A stretch of DNA of 64,000 nucleotides from assembly GCA_014905635.1 (NCBI GenBank), contig CM026548.1, forward strand, positions 930,001-994,000, given 5' to 3'. Shown here piece by piece: positions 23,598-34,796 of this stretch (the first letter of the stretch is position 1; the number at the start of each line of letters is the position of its first letter). The translations under genes and the position numbers were made by a program. Under the pieces are notes generated by a model. The model was given only the letters and a program-made list of their open reading frames with translations. It ran no database searches and had not been told where the DNA came from. This DNA comes from Scenedesmus sp. PABB004 (taxonomy: Eukaryota).

Positions 23598-24773
23598 TCA
23601 CAGCCAGAGCACCTTCTCCTCCAGCGGCGCGCGGCGCGCCCGCAGCGCCGCGACGCGCTCGCCGTCGGGATGGCCCACCGACAGCACGCCCAGGCAGCGA
23701 TCGCCACGCGCGCCGTCGATGCGCAGCAGCGCGTGCATCTCGGGCGAGTCGCGCGCGGCCGGCTGCCAGCTGGACCAGTAGCAGCCGACGCCGAGCGCCG
23801 CCGCGGCGAGCTGCATGTTTTGCACGGCCGCCGCGACCGCCGCGAGCTCCTCCCACTCGGGGACTGATTCGTTGCGTTTCATGCAGATCGCGATGAACGC
23901 GCGCACCTTGGGCCAGTCCTTGCCGCGCTTGCGCGTGAGCTTGGCGACCGTCGCCTCGGCCTTGTCCGGCGGCAGCAGCGCGCCGCAGCGGTCGATGGTG
24001 AGCGCCTCAAACTCCGCCTTGGCGCCGCCCTCGAGAATCACAAAGTGCCACGGCTGCGCGCGCGGACCGGCGACGGGTTGGCAGGCGGGCGCCCGCGGGC
24101 GTGAGAGCGCCACCGCCGGCCGCCGCGCCGCCCCGGCGCAGCGCGCGCCGCCGCGGACCGACGGCCGCGCCGCCCACCTCGGTCAGCTTGTGCGTGGGCG
24201 CCCAGCGCGCGGCCTCGAGCATCGCCTCGAGCTGCGCCCGCGTCACCGCCGCCGGCGTGTCTGGCGGCGCGGCGCGGCACGGCGCTTCGGTGGGCGGCGC
24301 GGCGGGCCGGCCGGCCGCGCGCGGCCGCAGCGCCAGCGTTCCGCCGTGCGGGCGCCGTCGCCGGGGCCCACCTGTGAAGTCCTTTGGGTAGACGCTGCGG
24401 CGCGAGCGGATGAGCTGGAGCAGCTGCTCCGCGCTCGCCCTCCCGCCGCCGCCGCCGCCGGCGCCGCCCGGGCGGGCGCCGAGCCACTGCGCCGCCGCGG
24501 CGAGCAGCAGCAGCGCGACGCCGGCGCCGGCGATGTGCGCGAGCAGCGGCGGGTGCAGCGTGGCCGCCGACGCCAGCGCCACGCCGCCCACCGCCACCAC
24601 CCAGGGCGCCGCGCTGCTGCGGCGTGCGGCGGCGGGCGCGGCGGCGGCTGAGCGCGCGTCGCGGGCCGCTCCCCGGCCCGCCGCCGCCGCGGCCGCCGCT
24701 GTCGCCGCTGCCGCCGCTGCGGCCGCTGCGGCCGCTGCTGCCGCCGCCCACACCTGCTCTCCTGCCGCGCCAT
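23598..24773 (-). CDS. Nitroreductase-family (FMN-binding) protein with two N-terminal hydrophobic helices
   Basis: LIRSRRS, LEAARWAPTHKLTE|PWHFV, AVAAAVQNMQLAAAALGVGCYWSS and CLGVLSVGHP motifs. Exon 1 MARQES splices in frame to SAAPWVV. Confidence 0.92.
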
Positions 24774-25126
24774 GCGTGCGCGCGGTCGCGATACAACCGC
24801 TGGGCGCTGGAGCGGCGGGCAGCGCGCCGGCAGCGGACGGCAGGCGGCGGTGCGAAGAGTGGCGAGCATCGGCGCCGCGCGGCCTGCTGCAGCGGCGGCG
24901 AGCTCTGAACGGCGGGCGGTGTGTGCAGCCGGTCACAAGAGTGCGAGCCGAGCGGGCGCGGGTTTTGTGCTCACACACGAGCAGCGGCGACCCGCCGACC
25001 GCTGCGCCGTGCGCCAGGCCGCGCCCCGCCGCTCTGGCGCCAGATCCGCCGCCCGCCGCTCGCCGGGGGCTGGTGGCTGCTCAGACGCACGCGCTCGCGC
25101 GATCCCAGCAGCAGGGCGATCCCAGC

Positions 25127-28057
25127 ATGGCGTCGTCGGAGCAGCGCGCGGCGCTGGTGCCCGTCGCTGCCGCGGCGGCGGTCGCCGGCGGCCTGGCCGC
25201 CGCCTGCCTGCTGGCGGGGAGCAGCCCCCTCGGCCTGGCGCGCGCCGGCGCCGCGCGGTGGCGGCGCGGTGGCGGCGCGCCGTCTGCTGCAGCGGTCGTC
25301 GAGGAGGCGGCGAGCGGCGAGCCCTGGCCTGGCTCCGCGCGCCCCGGCCCGCCGCGCTGCCGGCCCCTGAGCAGCGTGCTCGAGCTGCGCACCTGGGCGC
25401 CGCCGCCGGTCGGCGCCGACCCGTGCGGCGCGGGGCGGTGCGCGCCGCTGCTGCGCGGCGCCGCGGCGCCGGCGCCGCCGGCCGGCGGCGCGCGCCCGCT
25501 GCTGCTCGTCTGCCACGACATGATGGGCGGCTACCTCGACGCCGAGGCGCGCCTCGCGGGCTGCGGCGACAGCAGCCGGCACTACCGCCTCTGGCATTGG
25601 GACGCGGTGGACGCCTTCGTGTACTTCTCACACCACCTCGTCAGCGTCCCGCCCGCGGGCTGGACGCACGCGGCGCACGTGCACGGCGTCAAGGTGCGCC
25701 CGGCCGGCCGGCCGCCGCCCGCCCGCCGGACCCGCGGCCGGCCGCTCGCCGAGGCCAGCTCGAGGCCGCGTCGGGCGCCTGGTGCCCCCCTCCCCCCAAA
25801 CACCACGCTCGAGCCGCACGCCGCCCACCCTTTTTTGAACACCAACCCACACCGCCGGGGCCGGCAGGTGATCGGGACGATCATCACAGAGTTTGGCCAG
25901 GGCCGGCGCCGCTGCGGGGCGCTGTTCGAGAGCGCCGCCGCGGCGCGGGGCGTCGCCGACACGCTCGTGTCGCTCGCGGCGCACCACGGCTTCGAGGGCT
26001 GGCTCGTCAACATTGAGAACGCCCTCACCCAGGACCAGGCGCGGCGGCGGCCTCGGCGGCGGCGGCGGCCTGCGCGGCGGCGTCGGCGGCGCGACCGCGG
26101 CCTCCGCGCGCGGCGGCGCGGCCCCCCGACCGCGGCCGCGGCGCGCCCCGGCCGCCCGCCTGGCGCGCAGGTCGCCGTGGTGATGCACTTTGTGGGCTAC
26201 CTCCGCGCCCGCATGGCCGCGGCCGTCCCTGGCGGCATGGTCATCTGGTGGGCGGCAAGCTTGCGCGCACGCGCGCGCGGCCCCGCCCTCGGCGGCGGCG
26301 CGCCCACGCGGCGCCGCTCCGCGCCGCGCCAGGTACGACGCGGTGACGGCCGCCGGCGAGCTGCGCTGGCAGAACGGGCTCGTCGCCGCCAACGCGCCGT
26401 TTTTCGACCTCGCCGACGCGCTGTTCGTGAATTACAACTGGACGCCCGCGACGCTGCCGGCCACCGCCGCCGCCGCGGGCGGGCGCGCGGCCGACGTGCT
26501 GCTGGGCATCGACGTGCACGGCCGCGGCAGCTACGGCGGCGGCGGGCACGGCGTCGGCGCCGCGCTGACCGCGGCGGCGCGCGCGGGGCTGTCGGCGGCG
26601 CTCTTTGCGCCGGGGTGGGTGTTTGAGAACCTGGAGCGGTCCAGGTTTGAGGAGCTGCAGGAGCGCTGGTGGAATGCCGTGCAGGAGGCGTGGGGCGCGA
26701 GCCACCCGGTGCTGCTGGCGCTGCCCTTTGGCACCCGCTTCGGCGCCGGCGCGGGCTGCGGCTGGTTTGCGTCCGGCGCGCTCGCCGCGAGCGGGCGCGC
26801 GGCGGGCGCGGCCGCGGCGGCCGCGGCGGGCGTGGAGGCGTGCGGCGAGCTCGGGGCGGGCGAGGCGCAGCAGCCGGCGGCGCAGGAGCAGGAGGCGGAG
26901 GGGCAGCGGGGCAAGGAGGAGCAGCAGGCAGAGCAGGCGCCCGGCTGGTTCAACCTGCTGCTGACTGAACCGCTGCCGTGCAGCCGCGACCCCATCAGCC
27001 AGCAGGTGGGCGCGGCTGACCCCCCCCCCCCCCCCGGCACGCCGCGCCGTCCGCCAGACCGGCCGCTCACGTGGGCCGCCGCCGTCGCCGCGCGCAGGTG
27101 GTTCGCGGCCCGCTGGTCGGCCGGCTCACGTCTGCCACTGCGTTCCAGGGCGGTTCGTGCCTCGCGCTCTGCTGGACGCCGGAGCAGCAGCAGGCGCCGG
27201 CGGGGCAGCAGCAGGCGCCCGCAGTCGCCCCCTGCTGCTCGCTGCCGGGCGGTGGCAGCGTTGTGCTGCTGCAGCTGTTTGGCGCGAGCGTCGCCCTGCC
27301 GACGGAGCGCGACGCGACGCTGGCGCTGACCTGGGTGTGCGCTACGCCGCCCGCGGCCGACGGCGGCGGCGGCGCAGGCGCGCCTGTGATCTGGCTGATG
27401 ACGGAGCCGGGCGACGGCGGCGGCGCCGAGGCGGCGCCCGGCGGCTGCGCCGGCCGGCGGTGCATCCACGTGCCGGGCCGCGGCGCCGCGGCGGGGCAGC
27501 CGCCGCCGGCGCCGCAGGAGCTGCAGCTCGCGGACGGGCGGGGCTCGGGGGTCGCCGTGCAGCTCGTGCCCGCGGCGGCGCTGGCGGGCGAGGCGCAGCC
27601 GCTCGGGCCCGTCGAGTGCGCGTGCGCGGCGGGCGGCGCCGGCGAGCCGCTGCCGGCCGTGGACGCCCTGTGGCCGCCCAGCGCGCTTGCGGACGCGCTG
27701 GCGGGCTGGACCTGGCGCCGCGCGGCCGCGACGCTGTCGCTGCCCGCCGGGCGGCGCCTCGCCGGCCTCGGCGTCGCGCTGGCCCCGCCCTCGGGGCCCG
27801 GCAGCGCTGGCGGCGGCGCCGCCGGGACGCCGCGCCTGGCCGCGCTGCTGGGCGAGGTCTCGCTGTCCCTGGCGGCGGCCGGCGGCGGCGGCGGCGGCGG
27901 CGGCGGTTGCGGCGCCGGCGAGCAGCTGCCGGTGCTGCCGCGCGTCGCCGCGCTGCGGGGCCACGGCGGCGCGGCAAGCGTGAGCTCCTCCGGCAGTCCC
28001 TGCGGCACGCCCAAGCTGGCGGCGGCGGTGCTGGGCGCTCTCGCGGGGGAGTTTTGA
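25127..28057 (+). CDS. Endo-beta-N-acetylglucosaminidase (GH85, ENGase)
   Basis: LVCHDMMGGY, FVYFSHH, AAHVHGVK|VIGTIITE, GFEGWLVNIEN (catalytic N-x-E), W|YDAV, FVNYNW, GIDVHGRG and SAALFAPGW. Confidence 0.95.
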
Positions 28058-28297
28058 GTGACCCGGGCGCCCGGGCGCGGCGGCGGTGCACCGACCCTGC
28101 CGGCGCCTTCGTGAAAACCTGCCGCGTTCCGGAGAGCGTGCTGCGTTCTCACTCCAGCCAGCCCCGCGCGCGGCCGTTCGGCCAGGCTCAAGCGCTCGCT
28201 CGTTCGGCAGCGCCCGCCGCCGCGCGCAGGACAGCGCCGCGCTACTCAGCAGCGCGCGCGCCCCGCTCGCAGCTTCACCGGGCCGCGTGAAGAGAGC

Positions 28298-29454
28298 ATG
28301 CGGTGCCTGGCGAGCAGCGGCGCGGGCCGCATGTGCAGCGGCGGCAGCAGGTGGGCGCTGCCTCGGCGCTCGCGGCCGGGGCGCCGCCGCGGCGCGCCGC
28401 GGGACCGCGGCCGCTGCCCTGCGGGGCTGAGAGACGCAAGCGGGAGCGCTGGGAGCAGCGGGGGGCGGCAGCGGCGACGGCGGCGCCGTGCGCCAGCAGC
28501 AGCGGCAGCGCCCGCCGGCACGCCACCCCCACGCCACGCCCATTGACCCCCCACTCTCTCTCTCTTCCCGCCCGTGCATCCCGCAGGCCAGCAGCGCCAG
28601 CGCCCGCGCCGCGCTGCGCACCCCTCGGCGGCACAGCGGCGCCGCGCGCGCAGCGCGCGTCTGTGGTCGCGCGGGGCATCCTCGACGCGTACCGCCGCGA
28701 CAAGGGCCTGCCCTCGCCTGGCGGCGCCGCGACGGCGCAGCAGCGGCAGCAGCAGCAGCGGCAGCCGCGGCCCGCGGTGGACGACGACGAGGAGGACTGC
28801 CCCGTGGAGTGCGTCGAGGAAGTCTTCACGCCCGAGCAGTTTGCCGCCGCGCTCGCCGCCGCGGGGCCGTCGGCGCTCGTGGTGCGGCGCGGGCGCGGCG
28901 CGTGCGCGTGCGCAGACGCAGGGTGGGGCGGCGCGCCCACGCCCACGCCCACGCCGCGCCGCGCGGCGCGCAGGTCGTAGACTTTTTCAAGACCGCGTGC
29001 GGCGCGTGCAAGTTCATTTACCCGGGCTTCGTCAAGCTCTGCCGCGCGTCGGCGGGCGGCGGCGGCGGCGCCGGCGCGGCGCCGGTTATGTTCCTCAAGC
29101 ACAACGTGTTTGACGACGAGGAGGAGGAGGTCACTGCGCTGTGCAAGCAGTACAACGTCCGGGTGCGGCACCGCACGCCGCGGCGCGCCCGCGGCGCCGC
29201 GCGCCGGCGCCCGCCGCACGTCGACGCCCGCGGCGCCGCCGCCGCCGACGCCGCACGCCGACGCCGCCGCCCGCCGCCGCCGCCCGCCCGCCGCGCAGAG
29301 TGTGCCAAAGTTCATCTTTTTCAAGGGCGGCCGCGAGCTGGAGGCCTTCTCGACGCGAGACAAGGCCAAGGTCGCGGCGGCGATCCTGAAGCACGCGGAG
29401 CCGGGGTCGGTCGAGTTTGGCGACTGGGCGCTCGCGCCCGCGCCGACCAAGTGA
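28298..29454 (+). CDS. Chloroplast thioredoxin-like 4 type protein (atypical CGAC active site)
   Basis: Transit-peptide-like N-terminus, then DCPVECVEE, VVDFFKTACGACKFI..GFVKLC, FLKHNV, VPKFIFFKGG and FSTRDK. This matches my recollection of plant thioredoxin-like 4. Confidence 0.88.
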
Positions 29455-29740
29455 GCGGGCGCGAGGGCGGCGCCGCCGCCAGCGCGGCGGCGGCGCGCGA
29501 CTGAACTCTCTGTGCGCTGTGAGAGCGGCCGGACTGAAATCGGGGCGGGCGGGCGGGCGGGCGGCGAGGGCGGGCGGCGCAGCCGCGAAGGCGGCGCCGA
29601 GCGTTTTGTGGCTGCGGCCAGCGCGTTTTGGGTTGAGGGCGCGGGCGGGCGAGAGCCGTTCGCGGGTCGTTGGTGGTCACCTTTTGCTGAGCGACGAGGC
29701 GCACGTGTGACAGCGCCGCTGCGTCGCGCCCGCCCGCCGA

Positions 29741-29790
29741 CAGTCAGTCAGTCAGTCAGTCAGTCAGTCAGTCAGTCAGTCAGTCAGTCA
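29741..29790 (+). repeat. (CAGT)n microsatellite, about 12 copies, between convergent genes
   Basis: Directly visible. Confidence 0.97.
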
Positions 29791-29859
29791 ATCACGAGAC
29801 GAGCGGGGCCCGCGGCGCGCTGCCGGCCGGCGGCAGCGCGCCGCGCCGCGCGCGCCGCG

Positions 29860-31316
29860 TCAGTCAAACTGCAGCCGCTGCGCGCCCAGCTTTGACGCGC
29901 CCAGCTTCATCGCGCCCCGCTGCCCAGCCGGCTTGGCGCCGAGGCCGGCGCCGCCGGCCGGCCGCGCGGCCGCGAGCGCGCCGCGGTCAGGCTGGTCGGG
30001 CTGCTCACAGTGTGGCTGCCGCCGCCGCTGCTGCCCGCGGCGCTGCTGCTGCCGCTCAGGACGCGCGCCGAGCTCCCCAGGTCCAGCTCCGCGTCGCCCC
30101 AGCCGTCGCCGTCGTCCATGTCGCCCCACCCGCCGCCGCCCGCCGCTGCTGCCGGCGCCGCCGGCGGCGCGGCGGCGGCCCGCGCGCTGCTGGGCGTGCT
30201 GCCGCCCGCGCGAGCGCCGCCGCCGGCCGCCGCCGGCGCCGCGGCGCGGCCGGCGCTGCGCGACGTGCCCAGCGCCGCCAGCCGGCTGCGCGCCTGCGGG
30301 CGCAGGGTGCAACGGGGACGGAGGTGACGCGCCGCGCCGCGCCCGGCCCAGAGAACAGGGAGCCCCGCTGCCCGCGGCCCGCCGCCGCGCGCCGTGGGGC
30401 CCGCCCGCCGGCAGGCGTGGCCCAGGATGCAAGCCTCACCTCAAGCTCCGCCTTGTCCATCCCCCCATCCCCGTCATCGTCGTCAAAGTCAGCGTCCCAG
30501 CCGTCCTTGGCGCCGCCGCCGAGGCCGCCGCCGCCGCCGAGGCCCGCGCCGCTGCTCGAGCGGCGCGCCGCGAGCGCGGACGGCGCCGCCGCCGGCCGCG
30601 CCGCCGGCGCGGCGGTTGCGGCTGCGGCGGCAGCCGGCGCGCCGGGCGGCGGCGCGCCGGGCGGCGGCGCACCTGGCGTCGGCGCGCCGCCACCAGCGCG
30701 GCGGACGACGCGGCGAGGCTGGACATCGCCCAGCCCAGCACGCCGCTGCCGCTGGGCGCCGCGGCGCCGGCGCCGCCGCCGCCGCCCGCCGCGGCGGGGT
30801 TGGCGCCGGCCGCGGCCGCGGCGGCCGCCGCGTCCTTCTGCAGCTTCACGTCGTGCTGCCGCAGCACGGTCGTGAACGCGTCGAGGCAGGCCAGCGCCGC
30901 GGTGCGCACGTCTGCGCGCGCGCGGGGCGGCCGCGGCCGCGGCCGGGCGTCGGGGACGGCGAGGCCCGCGCGGCGCGGCGCCGCGCAGCGCGCGGCTGGC
31001 GCGCCCCGCGCGGGCGCGGGCGTGCGTGCAGCGAGGCGGGCGCCCGCACCGGCGAGCGGGTCGACACAGAGCGGGCAGACCGCGGGCAGCGCGCGCAGCG
31101 CGACCTCCTCCGGGCTGTAGTGCGACACCGTGGCCACGAGCGCGCGCAGCGCAGCGCAGCGCGCGGGTGGGAAGGAGTCCTTCAGCGCGCGGCCAAACGC
31201 GTTGAGCAGCACCTGCGCAGCGGGGCGGGGCGCGCGGCGCGGGGCCGGCAGGGCGCGGGTCGGGCGCCGGCGCCGCGCGGGCCGTGTACGCGTGCGGCTG
31301 CGACGGCGGCGGCGCC

Positions 31317-31353
<37 letters not shown>

Positions 31354-34240
31354 GTGCCTTTTTGCAGTAGGTGTCGCCTAGGTACTGTGCGATGTTGCCC
31401 AGCAGCACCGTGGTGTTGGCGCGGATGGAGGGCTCGGTGTCGACCTGTCGAGGGCGGCAGCACGGCGCGCAGCGTGGGCGGAGTCGGCCTGCGCAATGCG
31501 CGACACGCGACGGCGGCGGCGGCGGCGGCGGCTCCGCGGCGCCGCGCGCCTGGAGGCGTGAGAGGTGCTTGAGCAGGTTGTTGGTGAGCGTTGTCTGCCG
31601 CATGCGCGGCGCGAGGGAGAGCGCGGCCTTGAGCGTGAGCTCGCGGATGTACGCGTTCTCGTCGCTGAAGCCGGCCGAGAGGGGCGGGTAGATCTGGGCC
31701 TCGATCACGTCCTGGGCACCACGTCAGCAGCGATGACGACGGCAGCGTTGGATCACGTCACCACCAGGTGAGTCGGCGGCGCCAGGGGCGGGGCGCGGGC
31801 GCGCGGAGGGGCGAGAGGGGGGCGGGCGGCGCGGAGGGGTGGGTGACGGGGCGGGCGGGCCAGGCGCGGGGGAGCGGGAGGGAGCGGGAGGGAGCGGGAG
31901 GGAGCGGCGCGCGCGCGCGGCGCCGCACCGTGGGGAGGTGCTTGGCGTAGGAGTCGACCGATTCGAGCAGGTTGCGCCGCAGGCCGCGGTCGCTGCTGGC
32001 AAAGAGCCGGCTGAGCGTCGGCACAACGCGGCGGATGAACTCGTCGCCCTCCAGCGACCTGCGCCGCGGGCGCGCGGCGGGCGCGGCAGGCGGGCGGGCG
32101 GGTGGGCCGGCCGCCCCGGCGCCGGCCGCGGACGCGGCGCGGCCGCGCCCTCCCCGCGCCGCCGCCGCCGCGCCCGCCGCCGCGGCGCCGTCCGCCGCGC
32201 CGCCCGCGCCGCGCCGCACCGGCCGATGACGAGCAGGCTGCCGACCGCGCTTGCAGGCGCGCCGCCGTACTCGAGCGCGCGGCCGAGCAGCGGCAGCAGC
32301 TTGCGCACGGCGACGGGCTCGGGGATGGCGGGCAGCAGCGCGGGGAGGCGCTTGAAGAACGCGTCCTTCTCGGCGCCGTCCTTGACTGCGCGTGTGGGTG
32401 GGCGGGTGGGCGGGTGGGTGGGTGGGTGGGTGGGTGGGTGGATTTTGCGGGGAGAGGGAGCGACCGCCAGCCGCCAGCCCCCAGCCACCAGCCAGCCGCC
32501 AGGCAGGCGCCAGCCAGCCCCCCCCCCCTCCCTCCCCCCTACAGCCTGCCCGCCGCACCCACCCACCCGCAATGTTCTCCATGAACGCCGCCACCTCCAC
32601 GAGCCGGTTGTTGAGGAACTTTGACTCGGCCACCTGCGCGCGGGCGGCGCAGAGCGACGCCGACGGGGCGCATGTGCAACTCGCGAGGCGCATTGCAGTG
32701 CGCCGGCCGCCGCGGCCGCCGGCGGCGCGCTGCGCAGCGCGCCGCGCCGCGCGTGCCTTGGCGGGGTTGAGCCGCCGCGCGGCGGTGCTGCTGAGGAGCT
32801 TCTGGTAGTCGGCCAGCAGCGCGGGCGGGATGGCCTCGGTGCGGCGCAGCTGCTCCACGCCCCCGAGCGGCGCCCCGCTGAACACCTCCTGCGCGCGCGG
32901 CGGCGGCGCGGCGCGCGGCGCGAGGGCCGCGCCCAGTTGAGTGGGAGGCCCTGGGAGGCCGGGCCGGGCAGCCGCCGCGCGGCGCGGCGCGCCGCGGCGC
33001 GTCCGCCAGCGCCGCGCCGCCGCCGCGCCTGCATCATGCACCCGAGGCCCCAGCTGTCCACCGCCCACGGCGGCGCCTCGCGCACGACCTCCCACTCGCT
33101 GCGCGCGAGCTCCGCCGCCTTGTACTGCGCGGGAACCATCCAGCTCGCGTGGCGCAGGCCAAAGTCGCCTGCGGAGGGCGCGGCGGCGGCGGCGGCGGCG
33201 GCGAATCGGCCGGCCGCGCGCCGGCGCCGCTGCGGTGCAGAGAGGGCAGCGACGGCGGCGGCGGCGGTTGCGGCGGCGCACCCGGCAGCGCGTGCTCGCT
33301 GAGCAGGTCGAAGCCGTGCAGCTTCCAGTCGAGCGTGTCGGTCACGACCACCGCCGCCATGCACAGGTAGCCGTGGACCTGCGGTCGGCACACACGCGCA
33401 GGCACGTCGCACGTCACGCGTCACGCGCAGCGCGGCGCGGTCCGCAGCACCACCACAGCACGAGTGGGCGCGGATGCGGGCGCGGCGGCGGCGGCGGCGG
33501 AGGGCGCGGCGCGGCGCGGCGCGCGTGCTGCGGCGGACGCGGCGCGCGCGTGCCATGTTGCAGCTGTTGTTTATGAACGCGACTGCGTTGGTCATGTGGA
33601 GCACGCCCGTCGCGAGGTACTCGTCCCTGCGGGCGGCGCCGCGGCCGGGGCATCAGCGCTCGCGCGCCGGCGCCGCCGGGCGCCGCCCGCCGCGTGCCGT
33701 GCGCTGCGCTGCGCCGCGCCGCGCCGTGCCGCGCGCCGCGCGCCGTCACCTGTGCTGCCCCGCGAGGTTGAGCTCGCGCAGCACCGACGCGAGCGGGCGC
33801 ACCGCCTCTGTGACGAGGTAGATGACCGTCACGCCCTTCTCCTGCGTCTCAAGGCTGTCCTTGAACGCCAGCACGTTGGGGTGGCGCAGCTGCGGCGGCG
33901 GCGGCGGCGGCGCGCGGGCTGGGGCGCTGCTGCTCCCCGGCCGGGGCGGGGGCGCGGGACGGGAGGGTGCGGCGAGCGCGGCCGCCGCGCTGGGCGGGCC
34001 GGGCGCTCCATGCGCGCGGCGCACCATCTTGAGCCGCTTGACGCCGTTGCGCGCGGCGACGAGCTTGGGGTCGTTGGGCTCGGCCGCGGCGATCCTGAAG
34101 ACCGACACGGGCGCGCCGTCCTCGCGGCTCGTGCCGCCGTGGTGCGCCCAGCAGCCCCACGCGCACTCGTAGGGCTCGGGCTCGACGTTGTAGTTCAGCG
34201 CCGGCCCGCCGCCCACCAGGGCGGTGAGCTTGGCGAACAT
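29860..34240 (-). CDS. SCYL1: SCY1-like pseudokinase (SCYL1/CEX1 family) with HEAT repeats
   Basis: ARNGVKRLKM|LRHPNVLAF, IYLVTEAVRPL, DWKLHGFDL, DSWGLGC, GFSDENAYIRELTLK, IRANTTVLLG, ALKDSFPPAR and GWAMSSL; C-terminal MKLGASKLGAQRL. Confidence 0.93.
31317..31350 (+). repeat. (TGCG)n intronic microsatellite
   Basis: Directly visible. Confidence 0.9.
32395..32441 (+). repeat. (GGGT)n intronic microsatellite
   Basis: Directly visible. Confidence 0.9.
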
Positions 34241-34796
34241 GGTCGCCCGTGCCGCCGCCGGCGCGGAGCGACCTGCGCCGCTGCTGCTCCCGCCGCGCCG
34301 CCGCGGCTAGGGCGCCACGCACGCAGGCCCCGGCGCCGCGTGCGCGAGGGACGCGCCGGCGCTACGGCGACGGCTCAGGCATGGCGAGCAGCGGGCTGGC
34401 GAGGGCGCGGCGGCGGGGGCGCTGTTGTTGGCGGGGCGTCGCGCGCGTCCCAGTGGCCACGCCAGGCTGTTGCAGGCAGCGCCTGCGGCGGTAGCGTCGC
34501 GGCGTCGTTCTGGCAGCGAAACCGGACGGCGTCGCGATGCCCGCCGGCAGCAGCGCCATTCGGCGGTTGAAGGGCTCCGCCGCTGCGCCGGAGCGGCGCC
34601 CGCCCGGCCCCCGCGGAGCCCGCACACCTCCGCCTCGGCCGGGAAGTTCGGGCCACGCCGCTACGGCACCCGCGCGGGACGCACCGCCGCAACCGCCAAC
34701 AGCGGCGCTGTCCCCGGCGCGGCGCGCGCCGCGGCCGCCGGCGATGCGGGGGCCCGGCTAGCTCGCCCCGCGGCCGCCACACGTGCCGGCGTGGCC

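Noticed and set aside
27020..27035. Poly-C run as a regulatory element
   Set aside because: An intronic homopolymer of unreliable length with no supporting context.
32700..34240. Missing catalytic kinase motifs in SCYL1 as a sign of decay
   Set aside because: SCY1-family proteins are established pseudokinases, so this is expected.
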